Part shown: positions 8,593 to 16,129 of the stretch, piece by piece
Position numbering within the stretch: position 1 is the stretch's first letter
Layout: each line of letters begins with the position of its first letter
DNA from: a virus
DNA: 44,119 nt
Virus genome (UHGV): UHGV-0175781
Reading direction: 5' to 3' (one strand)
Made by a program: the position numbers and the translations under genes
Notes under the pieces: generated by a model
Told to the model about the DNA's origin: nothing
What the model saw: only the letters and a program-made list of their open reading frames with translations
The model's database searches: none

Positions 8593-10015
8593 TGCTTAAG
8601 TCCTCGTCAGTAGCTTCCGACCACGCAGGGCGAGGGTCGTCGATTGGTGCTAACACCGGTTTGGCTGGTGCGCGTGTGATTTTATCACACAGCTTCGCCC
8701 ACACTTTCGGTTTTTCGTCCTTCAGTACCTTCTCGGCATCCGTAGGGCTGAGCAATGTTTCTTTGTACATCACATCGCGCTTGATCCGGGCCTTCGTGAA
8801 GATTTCAATCACTTCGCTCTCGTCCGCCCACTTACGGATCCCTTCCCTACCGGCAACCATCTTAAGGCCCAACGATTCGCCATCGCCAGCCATGACCGCT
8901 TTGAATACCGCGGACTCGATAGCTTTGATGTGCTGGCGCATTGCGTCAAGTCCTTCATAAGCCTTGCGCAGTTCCGCCGCGCTCATAGCGCCGGGGGTGG
9001 ATTCCTTCTTGCCCCGTTTAGCACGTCTGGCAGCCTTCGGGGCTTCGCGGGCCATATTGCGGTCGTGGTTGGCGCACTCTTCCTCGGTTGCCACGCTCAC
9101 GTCGTCGCCCAGGTCTTCGTCGGTTGCCGTTGGTGGCGTCATCGTGTCGATTGCGGCCTTCGCCCGGACGCGGCACTGGTCCGCGAATCTGCACCACTGG
9201 CACGCATCAATGCTCGGTCGGAAGTCAGCGCGGGTTAGTCCCTTTTTGCCGCGTGCGTACGCATCGAGCGCGGCGATAGCGCGCTTGGACGCAAACTTCG
9301 CGAATATCTCCAGCGCTTCTACCGAAATATCCCACTCCGACGCCCCGCCGCAATACGGCTGGAAGATAACCAGGCGAACGGTCGTAATGTCGTACATAGT
9401 TTGCAGCTTGCGCAGCAGTCCGAGCGCGTACAACATAAGCTGTTTGTTCTCTTTCGCCTCGACCTTATGCCGCCCGGTCTTCAGGTCGCCAACAATCAGC
9501 ATGTACGTCCCATCGGTCTTTTTCATGACCATGACCATATCGGCAGTACCGAACGTTTTAATCCTGTTGCCGTCGATCTCGTAGCCTGAGTGAAGGACGC
9601 GGGTCAGATCGGCGCGCATCTCAAGCTGGACAAACTCCGCCACTTCGAGGAGCGGTCGCCAGTGGTCGATGTACGCGTCGCACTGTTTCACCATGTCGTC
9701 GTTGACCAGTACGCCGCCTTTCGGTGCTTTAGGGTGTGCCTTTACTGGCCCCTTGCCTTCGTTCTCGACGTAGCACCCTTTATACGTCTTCGCGGTTATC
9801 AGCTTCTCACCGGCGATAATGCGGTTTAGCACCACCTCAGATACGGTGTGCATACTCGTACCGTTAATCGCGGCTTGCCCGGATTCGTTCGGGATATCTT
9901 TTTCCACCACCAGGGCGGCAGGGCAACCCATCCATTTTTTAGCACCGGATGGGCCAAGTAATGAGTGTTCCGTATTGCTACCGGATTGCGTTTTACGTTT
10001 TGGTTTAATCGCCAT
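8585..10015 (-). CDS. PD-(D/E)xK Cas4/RecB-like exonuclease (DUF2800-like)
   Basis: 476 aa; N-terminal LLGPSGAKKWMGCP, VGDLKTG motif, C-terminal cysteine cluster CQWCRFADQC typical of Cas4/AddB-type nucleases. Confidence 0.7.
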   Translation of the reverse strand: MAIKPKRKTQSGSNTEHSLLGPSGAKKWMGCPAALVVEKDIPNESGQAAINGTSMHTVSEVVLNRIIAGEKLITAKTYKGCYVENEGKGPVKAHPKAPKGGVLVNDDMVKQCDAYIDHWRPLLEVAEFVQLEMRADLTRVLHSGYEIDGNRIKTFGTADMVMVMKKTDGTYMLIVGDLKTGRHKVEAKENKQLMLYALGLLRKLQTMYDITTVRLVIFQPYCGGASEWDISVEALEIFAKFASKRAIAALDAYARGKKGLTRADFRPSIDACQWCRFADQCRVRAKAAIDTMTPPTATDEDLGDDVSVATEEECANHDRNMAREAPKAARRAKRGKKESTPGAMSAAELRKAYEGLDAMRQHIKAIESAVFKAVMAGDGESLGLKMVAGREGIRKWADESEVIEIFTKARIKRDVMYKETLLSPTDAEKVLKDEKPKVWAKLCDKITRAPAKPVLAPIDDPRPAWSEATDEDLSNE

Positions 10016-10203
10016 TATTCCACCCTTGAAAACTGAGCAATGTAATATTCATGTTTAACCCCAGCCCGCTTCGCGGCTTCGTTCATGGTAGCCGCCAGTC
10101 CTCTGGCTTGAGTCCAGCAGCAATTCCAGTTCTGATTCATAACGATTTCCGGTTGCTCGTCGCCGGTAATACGGCAACGAAATAAAACAAAGAATATAGC
10201 CAT
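10015..10203 (-). CDS. hypothetical protein
   Basis: 62-aa ORF with GGGAGA SD; stop overlaps downstream ATG (TAATG). Confidence 0.5.
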   Translation of the reverse strand: MAIFFVLFRCRITGDEQPEIVMNQNWNCCWTQARGLAATMNEAAKRAGVKHEYYIAQFSRVE

Positions 10204-10455
10204 TTATTTTGTCTCCCAGCGGTCAATTGTTTTTGCTTCGGATGCAACTGCAAAGCGAACATATTCCAGATTGGAGTCCGCCCAAATAAAAAAGTCGGGG
10301 TTAGTAAAGGTGGTGCGCTTAATTTGCGCGGGGGTGTTACGGCGTTTATCTATTACGGCAACGCGTGACTGAAAGCTGCCGATGCGTTCGAATAGCCAAT
10401 AGTACGGGCGCTGGTCGCGGGAATCCACCGCCTCGATTAGCGTGAAGCGTGCCAT
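10204..10455 (-). CDS. hypothetical protein
   Basis: 83-aa ORF with AGAGGA SD. Confidence 0.55.
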   Translation of the reverse strand: MARFTLIEAVDSRDQRPYYWLFERIGSFQSRVAVIDKRRNTPAQIKRTTFTNPDFFIWADSNLEYVRFAVASEAKTIDRWETK

Positions 10456-10467
10456 TGTCTCGTCCTC

Positions 10468-10495
10468 TAAAAATAGGCCCGCAGATTAGCGGGCC
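10468..10495 (-). terminator. hairpin (GGCCCGC-AGATTA-GCGGGCC) plus T-rich run on minus strand, after the first early gene
   Basis: seen in sequence between 10504 and 10455. Confidence 0.4.
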
Positions 10496-10503
10496 GGATA
10501 ATA

Positions 10504-11043
10504 TTAGTCTTCCAGTTCGAAATAGGTTTCGACGATTTCTTTCAGGTCTTTGTGGAAGTCTTCTACGTCGTCATCTTCCAGTTTAGCGATTGATTTGATC
10601 TCGAACGCTTCCAGCAGGTCGTCGAATTCGTCGTTCGCATCGTCGTCATCGCCACCGGCAATAATCGCGGCATACTGTTTGATTTCGTCGCGCATCTCTG
10701 CCAGCGGGTCGGCATCTTTCTTACCTTTGCCTTTCGCTGGTGCTTTTTTACCCTTCGCCGGTTTTTCGTCTTCGTCATCCTCGTCGTCATCCTCTACGAC
10801 TTCTTTTTTAGCCTTACCTTTAGACTTGGTTTCTTTTGCCGCGCCTTTTTTCGTTTTAGGCGTATCTTCGACTTCGTCCTGATCGTAGTCGTCTTCGACT
10901 TCAGTCTCCGGCTTGGCCTTGCCCTTCTTAGCAGTGCCGTTTGCTTTTGGGTCTACGGCAGCGCCAACAGTTTCATAATGTTTAGCGATGGTTTCCAGTG
11001 CTACTACGCCGCGAGTAATCAGGTTTATGAATTGTTCCAACAT
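10504..11043 (-). CDS. highly charged, low-complexity early protein (acidic blocks alternating with lysine-rich blocks)
   Basis: 179 aa; first gene downstream of the near-consensus leftward promoter; GGAGA SD. Confidence 0.6.
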   Translation of the reverse strand: MLEQFINLITRGVVALETIAKHYETVGAAVDPKANGTAKKGKAKPETEVEDDYDQDEVEDTPKTKKGAAKETKSKGKAKKEVVEDDDEDDEDEKPAKGKKAPAKGKGKKDADPLAEMRDEIKQYAAIIAGGDDDDANDEFDDLLEAFEIKSIAKLEDDDVEDFHKDLKEIVETYFELED

Positions 11044-11103
11044 GGTATATCTCCGATTGGTTAAGTTTGGGTGTCCGGGCGGTGTGCCCTGTCGACGAGG
11101 TGA

Positions 11104-11132
11104 ATATTAGATTGGTTGCAGAAGGGAGTCAA
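11104..11132 (-). promoter_or_regulatory. leftward early promoter, near-consensus sigma70 type (-35 TTGACT, 17-bp spacer, -10 TAATAT)
   Basis: read on minus strand; spacer contains TGCAACCAAT motif; about 55 bp upstream of gene 10504..11043. Confidence 0.5.
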
Positions 11133-11142
11133 CAACTAATTT

Positions 11143-11177
11143 AAAAAAAAAAGCGCCGAAGCAAAATGCGACGGCGC
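11143..11177 (-). terminator. strong terminator-like element on minus strand (GCGCCG-13 nt loop-CGGCGC followed by T10)
   Basis: seen in sequence; lies upstream of the leftward promoter, so its role is unclear. Confidence 0.4.
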
Positions 11178-11248
11178 TAACCAATAAGAGACAATGAGAC
11201 GGGAATTATTATTACACGCGTGCGCGCCCGTTTCAATATCCAAAGGAT

Positions 11249-11277
11249 TTGACACCTTGCGGTTTTAGGTGTAGTTT
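11249..11277 (+). promoter_or_regulatory. putative rightward promoter (-35 TTGACA, 17-bp spacer, weak -10 TAGTTT)
   Basis: seen in sequence upstream of gene 11309..11638. Confidence 0.3.
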
Positions 11278-11308
11278 CGTTGGTCATCAACCAACCGGAG
11301 ACAGAATA

Positions 11309-11638
11309 ATGAATATCAACGACGCAATCGAAATGTTAACGAAGACTGTTTGCAGTGAGACAAGCCGGTCATGGGCGTATACCGATGCCGTGGGTGCGGT
11401 GCTATTTGAAATCGAACGTCTGCGACTTACCGAAAAAGAATTGCGCGCCAGGCTGGAATTGCTCAACGGTACGGCGGCGAGCAAGCTGCAGAAGCACAAT
11501 GAAGAAATGGAAGAATACAAAAAACAGGTTATCCGTTTGCGCGCCGAGGGCAAATCTTGGGCGATGATTGCCGAGTTGACCGGAATTAATCAGAGCACAG
11601 TGCGCTCCTGGGTACGCAATAATAAAACTTCCAAATAA
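11309..11638 (+). CDS. HTH DNA-binding protein (candidate regulator or replication helper; ORF extends to 11249)
   Basis: C-terminal helix-turn-helix GKSWAMIAELTGINQSTVRSWV; GGAGA SD before ATG 11309. Confidence 0.6.
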   Translation: MNINDAIEMLTKTVCSETSRSWAYTDAVGAVLFEIERLRLTEKELRARLELLNGTAASKLQKHNEEMEEYKKQVIRLRAEGKSWAMIAELTGINQSTVRSWVRNNKTSK

Positions 11639-11642
11639 GGCT

Positions 11643-13913
11643 ATGACCATGAGTTTAATTAAATTCGCCGTAACAAGACCCGCTAAAAAAGGCGAAAAAG
11701 CCAGGGCGGAAAACTTCCAGATGACTACCGAAGAGTTTTTCGAATTTATCAATGATGCGAAAGAAATCTCCTCGGTGCATATCAACAAGACGGAAGATAA
11801 AGCCGAGTATGCGCGCCGCAAGCGTAAGGCCGACGGCATCGTGGCGTATACCAGTGACGGATTGCGTCGTAAGACCAGTGCGGTGGACCGCTCGATCCTG
11901 TTCTTCGATATTGACCGCACCGACACCCGCACCCTACGCCGCTGCCGTAAGGCGTTCATTGACGCGGGTCTTGAACACGTATTTCACACCACAACCGGCG
12001 ACCGTCACCCACTGAAAGGTGGAACACGTTGCGCTCGCTTCCTGGTGTTGACGGACAAGCCTGTACCGGCTGAAGACCTGGGACGCGCCCAGTATGCCCT
12101 GTTAGCCCAACTGGGTCTGTCAGATGTGGACTTCGACGATTGCACGAAAGACACAAACCGCCTGATGTACCTGCCACACCAGCAGTCTGTAATAAAGTGT
12201 CATTACGGCAAACGTGCCCGCGTCCGTCGTCTGCTTCGCCTGGCGGATAAGCTGGGGGTGGATAAAGAGGAAGTACGCCGCGAACTAACCAAGGGAGACG
12301 ACGAAGTGGCGGACGGCATTCTGGACTGGTGCTTCCAGGCAGGATTCGAACCACTGTCGTCCGGGCGTGGTTATGAGGTGCCGTGCCCGAACGAACATCT
12401 GCACAGCGGCGAAGGGTCCACCGCCATAATGGTTAAGGATGGCGAGATCCGTTTCAAGTGTATGCACACCGGAAACGAGTGTTGCTCGGAACTGAACAGA
12501 CACCAGCACCTGGCGCTACGTCTTATCGGGATCCCGGACCACCTGAACGTCGAGCCACACAATATGTCCCGTAAGCAAATCGCCGCCATCCTTCCGGGGC
12601 TGGACGACGAGGAAGTGGAGTCGTGCTATGAACATATTGTTGATGCGGTTGGCGACGGCGAAGAATACGGCGTGTGCACCGATGCGGATCTGGATAACGA
12701 GCCGGTTGCGCTGTTCAGTAAGCACGACCCGATCATCGAGGGGTTGATTAACTTTAAATCGACCTGGTACATGGCTGGCGAGTCGAATATCGGTAAGTCT
12801 TTCTATGTGCTTGGGCAGATGGGCGCGGTTGCCGCCGGTATTCCGTTTGGCGGTGCGAAGGTCGTCCAGTCTCATTGCTTCTATTTCGACGCGGAAGGTG
12901 GCGAAGCCTCCAACCAGCGCAAAGAAGCATTGCAGATTAAATACGAGCACGACCTGGACAAGCTGCACATTATCGACCTGCAATCACGCGGCTGGGATAT
13001 CACAAGCAAGTCCGGCTTGCGTGAAGTTATCAGCTTCATCAATCGCACCGCTAACGGTGAACCTGTTGGCCTGGTGGCGTTCGACTCACTCAACCAGACT
13101 GTTGCGCTGCGGTCCGCCGATGCTAAACCGTTTGACGAGAACAACGCCAGCGATATGGGTGAAGTGGTCAAAGCGCTGAAAGCCATTGCGGAAAATACAG
13201 GTGGCAGTGCGGGCGTCATCCACCACCCGGCGAAGGGTGCAAACGGCAGCAGAACCCCACGCGGGTCCGGCGCGCTGCATGGTGCTGTCGATTCAGCGTT
13301 CTTCCTGGAACAGCCGGACGACAACCAGCCCGGGCAATTGAACCTGTATCATGAGAAGTCACGTAACGGCATCAAGCAAGCGCCGCGCGGCTTCGTCCTG
13401 CTCAAGTGCAAGGTGAAGGTAGATCTCCGCAAGTCAGAAGCGTTCGAGGCGCACCAGTCCACCAGCACTGGGCCAGACTTCGGCGACGTGGTTGCCGGAT
13501 GGGACGTCAAGCCGATTGCCTCCACGCCTCGCGACGAGACTCTCTACCTCGTACCGGTTGCCCTGGCACCGTTCGCTATAGAACAGGCGAAGGCAGCAGG
13601 CAAGGCCGCGGTTAAGGAAGAGAACACCGCCGGACCGCGCAACGAAAAAGAGAAAGTGCTTTATGCGGCCCTGGAAAAACTGATGGAAGATAACCCGGAC
13701 CATACTGGATTCAGTAAATCGGCAATTGTCCGCCAGGCCGGACTCGCGAAAGGTGGCACATCGACGAAGGCAATCGACGATATGGTCGAGCGCGGCGTAC
13801 TCGGTTTTTATACAGATCCGCACACTGGGGCCATCTATGGGTCGTCGAATATCGTCATCAAAACGAATATACCCATCACGCTTTCGGCGACCGATGACGA
13901 CCTGAAAGATTAA
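11643..13913 (+). CDS. DNA primase/helicase (AEP-type primase-like N-terminus, zinc-binding region, C-terminal RecA-fold ATPase)
   Basis: 756 aa; LFFDIDR acidic motif; Cys/His cluster CPNEHLHSGEGST...CMHTGNECC; Walker A GESNIGKS; Walker B LVAFDSL. Confidence 0.75.
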   Translation: MTMSLIKFAVTRPAKKGEKARAENFQMTTEEFFEFINDAKEISSVHINKTEDKAEYARRKRKADGIVAYTSDGLRRKTSAVDRSILFFDIDRTDTRTLRRCRKAFIDAGLEHVFHTTTGDRHPLKGGTRCARFLVLTDKPVPAEDLGRAQYALLAQLGLSDVDFDDCTKDTNRLMYLPHQQSVIKCHYGKRARVRRLLRLADKLGVDKEEVRRELTKGDDEVADGILDWCFQAGFEPLSSGRGYEVPCPNEHLHSGEGSTAIMVKDGEIRFKCMHTGNECCSELNRHQHLALRLIGIPDHLNVEPHNMSRKQIAAILPGLDDEEVESCYEHIVDAVGDGEEYGVCTDADLDNEPVALFSKHDPIIEGLINFKSTWYMAGESNIGKSFYVLGQMGAVAAGIPFGGAKVVQSHCFYFDAEGGEASNQRKEALQIKYEHDLDKLHIIDLQSRGWDITSKSGLREVISFINRTANGEPVGLVAFDSLNQTVALRSADAKPFDENNASDMGEVVKALKAIAENTGGSAGVIHHPAKGANGSRTPRGSGALHGAVDSAFFLEQPDDNQPGQLNLYHEKSRNGIKQAPRGFVLLKCKVKVDLRKSEAFEAHQSTSTGPDFGDVVAGWDVKPIASTPRDETLYLVPVALAPFAIEQAKAAGKAAVKEENTAGPRNEKEKVLYAALEKLMEDNPDHTGFSKSAIVRQAGLAKGGTSTKAIDDMVERGVLGFYTDPHTGAIYGSSNIVIKTNIPITLSATDDDLKD

Positions 13914-13988
13914 TTTTTGCGCGCATTGGTTGCCGGTATGGGAATTCCCATATCGCTAAGAGATTAATTTTTGCGCGCATTGGTTGCC
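13907..13988. repeat. two 28-bp direct repeats (AGATTAATTTTTGCGCGCATTGGTTGCC) flanking a 14-bp perfect palindrome ATGGGAATTCCCAT
   Basis: seen in sequence; first repeat overlaps the primase/helicase stop codon; a third partial copy (CGCATTGGTTGCC) at about 14011. Confidence 0.7.
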
Positions 13989-14071
13989 ATTTTGAGTGTT
14001 TTTAGCTGGTCGCATTGGTTGCCGTGTGATGTAAATATAATGCATAGTTATGCAATAAAACTGCATAAACC

Positions 14072-14231
14072 AAACGGGACAAAAAGCGGGACAAACAGGA
14101 GGCGGGACAAAGCGGGACAGCACCCCTGTCCCGCCAGTGCTGCCGCGGCTTCCAGAGGAGCGGGACAGCGGGACAGCACCCCAGTCTTTCAGACTAGACG
14201 GGGGGTCTGGCACCCCCCTCGTCTGAGACTG
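14072..14231. repeat. iteron array copy 1: at least 7 GCGGGACA(R) units (one inverted pair) followed by a ~50-bp bulged hairpin
   Basis: seen in sequence; about 85% identical to 30330..30491; flanked by CTGCATAAA boxes and an AT-rich tract. Confidence 0.8.
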
Positions 14232-14390
14232 CATAAAATCCAGGATTGCAAAATACACGGCAGCATGTTGTGGATTGCGGTCGTCACTGAACTAGGCAAC
14301 CAATACGAGTTGCAGAATGGTGGGTGAGAAATGCCGTTTGCAGTCACAACTGATAGCGATCAACTTTTTCATGCGCGTGATTAATATTGG

Positions 14391-14419
14391 TTGCATTCGC
14401 GCCAGCACCCTGCTAGATT
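14391..14419 (+). promoter_or_regulatory. putative promoter (-35 TTGCAT within ATTGGTTGCAT, 17-bp spacer, -10 TAGATT)
   Basis: seen in sequence about 30 bp upstream of gene 14448. Confidence 0.4.
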
Positions 14420-14447
14420 GGTTGCACACCAACAAGAGGACTGAACA

Positions 14448-14714
14448 ATGGCACACAAAGACCTGGTAGACGAATTGATTGAACTGCTCGAGGCTGAGGA
14501 CAATGAGGACCTTCAAGAGAGCGCGGAACACGAAGACCTGGCAGACGTATTGCTTGAACTGATCGAGGCTGAGAAAAATGCGGACCTTAAAGCGCGTGCG
14601 GCGCACATACTCGGCAACTTCAAGAAAGAGCACCGTTACGAAGCTATGCGCGTCTCGGCGCAAGAAGCGCTGATTAATTTCCTGAATAGCGTAACCATCA
14701 CGAAGAAGGACTGA
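14448..14714 (+). CDS. small acidic protein with internal tandem duplication
   Basis: 88 aa; strong SD AAGAGGA; two ~23-aa repeat units (DLVDELIELLEAEDNEDL / DLADVLLELIEAEKNADL). Confidence 0.6.
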   Translation: MAHKDLVDELIELLEAEDNEDLQESAEHEDLADVLLELIEAEKNADLKARAAHILGNFKKEHRYEAMRVSAQEALINFLNSVTITKKD

Positions 14715-14717
14715 ACG

Positions 14718-15011
14718 ATGAAAAAATTAATCTGGAATTACGCGATGGCGATGGCGAAGTTGGCAGAAGCGCGCCACCACGACGGCAACATACCAGAAGC
14801 CCAGCATGAGGCCGTCATGGCCTGGCATGCGATCACGAACGCGAGTGAGGGCCAGAGGGACCCCAGAGCGCTGCGCATGGCTATCCAGGCCTACGCGCTT
14901 GCATTCTCTCGCGAGCGCCTGGCGTATCGCTTCAGGATTGGCGAGACGGCAGTGACAAACGTCGCCCGGATTGCAGCACAACGCGAGCTAGTCGCCCAGC
15001 TTGCGAAATAA
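14718..15011 (+). CDS. hypothetical protein
   Basis: 97-aa ORF with GAAGGA SD. Confidence 0.55.
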   Translation: MKKLIWNYAMAMAKLAEARHHDGNIPEAQHEAVMAWHAITNASEGQRDPRALRMAIQAYALAFSRERLAYRFRIGETAVTNVARIAAQRELVAQLAK

Positions 15012-15020
15012 GGGGCCAAA

Positions 15021-15290
15021 ATGGACCGTAGGCGAGCTAAACAGCTTTCGTGGTACATTCCCCTCCACTGCATACGAATATGGGCTGAGAATGCGATTGA
15101 GGGCGATTCTGTGTTCTGGAGCTACCGCGATGATGTGAAGCCATTAACGCAGACCCGCTACTTGCGCCAGTTCGCCAGGGAGCATGGGTTATCCATAAAA
15201 ACGTCCTTGCAACCAATTGGCATTCGTATTACATTACGCCGGAAGCCCGCCGTTGAGCGGGTAGGCAAACACTGGAGACTGAGAAAATGA
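15021..15290 (+). CDS. hypothetical protein
   Basis: 89-aa ORF with AAGGGG SD. Confidence 0.5.
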   Translation: MDRRRAKQLSWYIPLHCIRIWAENAIEGDSVFWSYRDDVKPLTQTRYLRQFAREHGLSIKTSLQPIGIRITLRRKPAVERVGKHWRLRK

Positions 15291-15505
15291 CACCAGCACT
15301 AATGGCGGGATTCTCGCAGAAGTTTATTTCTGTTGATGCCCGCATAGCAGATTATGAGATGAACGGCATCGCCACTGTGTGCGATGGCGACACGAAAACT
15401 GTCGAAGAACTAGAAGACTGCGAGCATGACTTCGGGGAGTTTGCCGATGACCCGAACTATGATGATTACCTGGTGTGCCGCAAATGCGGCTGTGTTAAAC
15501 TTTAA
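15287..15505 (+). CDS. small cysteine-containing acidic protein
   Basis: 72-aa ORF with GGAGA SD; C-terminal CRKCGC. Confidence 0.5.
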   Translation: MTPALMAGFSQKFISVDARIADYEMNGIATVCDGDTKTVEELEDCEHDFGEFADDPNYDDYLVCRKCGCVKL

Positions 15506-15561
15506 AGGTGCCGTGGCGGCAGCATGAAAGCCATTTTCGATTAATTATGCAAGCGTGATAT

Positions 15562-15596
15562 AGTCCCAGTGAGCTAAAACTTACTGGGACTTTTTT
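15562..15596 (+). terminator. hairpin (AGTCCCAGT-12 nt loop-ACTGGGACT) plus T6, abutting the holin start codon
   Basis: seen in sequence. Confidence 0.45.
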
Positions 15597-15887
15597 ATGG
15601 ATAAGCTAAACGAGTGGCTATTCGCCCTGGCATGTCTGGCGGGGGGCTTCGTAGGCGCACGCATTCATGATGAGGCTACGAAGGGGCCGCTAAACTTCGT
15701 TTTGTATGTTGTAGTTGGCTTCCTGTGTGCCATATTTGGCGCACCGGCTATCGCTGAGTGGGCTGGTTTGTCGGGGGAGCGCACTGTCGCCGGTTTGGGC
15801 TTCGTAACTGCCATCTTCTGGATGCCAATAGCTGACCGGATCCGGGAGACAATTGCGACGCTACACCTTCCGGGGGGCGCAAAATGA
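15597..15887 (+). CDS. holin-like membrane protein (about 3 transmembrane segments)
   Basis: 96 aa; three hydrophobic stretches and a charged C-terminus; directly upstream of the endolysin. Confidence 0.6.
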   Translation: MDKLNEWLFALACLAGGFVGARIHDEATKGPLNFVLYVVVGFLCAIFGAPAIAEWAGLSGERTVAGLGFVTAIFWMPIADRIRETIATLHLPGGAK

Positions 15888-16129
15888 TTATCTCCGTCCT
15901 GTTGTTTGTTATCATCGGGGCTTCGTCCCTGTTTAACGTGTATGCGCCGTCCGTCCAGGATGGCATCTTAGGCCGGGTGCTGTATCTGTTAACGGCAATG
16001 ATCTGTCTTATTGGACTGTTGCAAACAGGAGACGTATCGGATACCACCTGGACCGCGTTAATCTGGCTGTTTGCATTGCGCACCCTGCGTAATGCTGTTT
16101 TAAATGGGGTAAAACATGCGATTCAGTGA
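15884..16129 (+). CDS. second holin/antiholin-like membrane protein
   Basis: 81 aa, mostly hydrophobic; overlaps holin stop and endolysin start. Confidence 0.5.
   Translation: MIISVLLFVIIGASSLFNVYAPSVQDGILGRVLYLLTAMICLIGLLQTGDVSDTTWTALIWLFALRTLRNAVLNGVKHAIQ

Noticed and set aside
14072-14231. Possible CRISPR array suggested by the clustered short repeats (also 30178..30491)
   Set aside because: Repeat units are only 8-9 bp with irregular 2-8 bp gaps and mixed orientation; there are no 28-37 bp repeats with unique spacers and no cas genes.
14292-14663. Minus-strand 123-aa ORF overlapping the promoter region and the first small plus-strand gene
   Set aside because: The plus-strand gene at 14448..14714 has a strong SD and a promoter; the minus ORF would run through that promoter and has no start signals.
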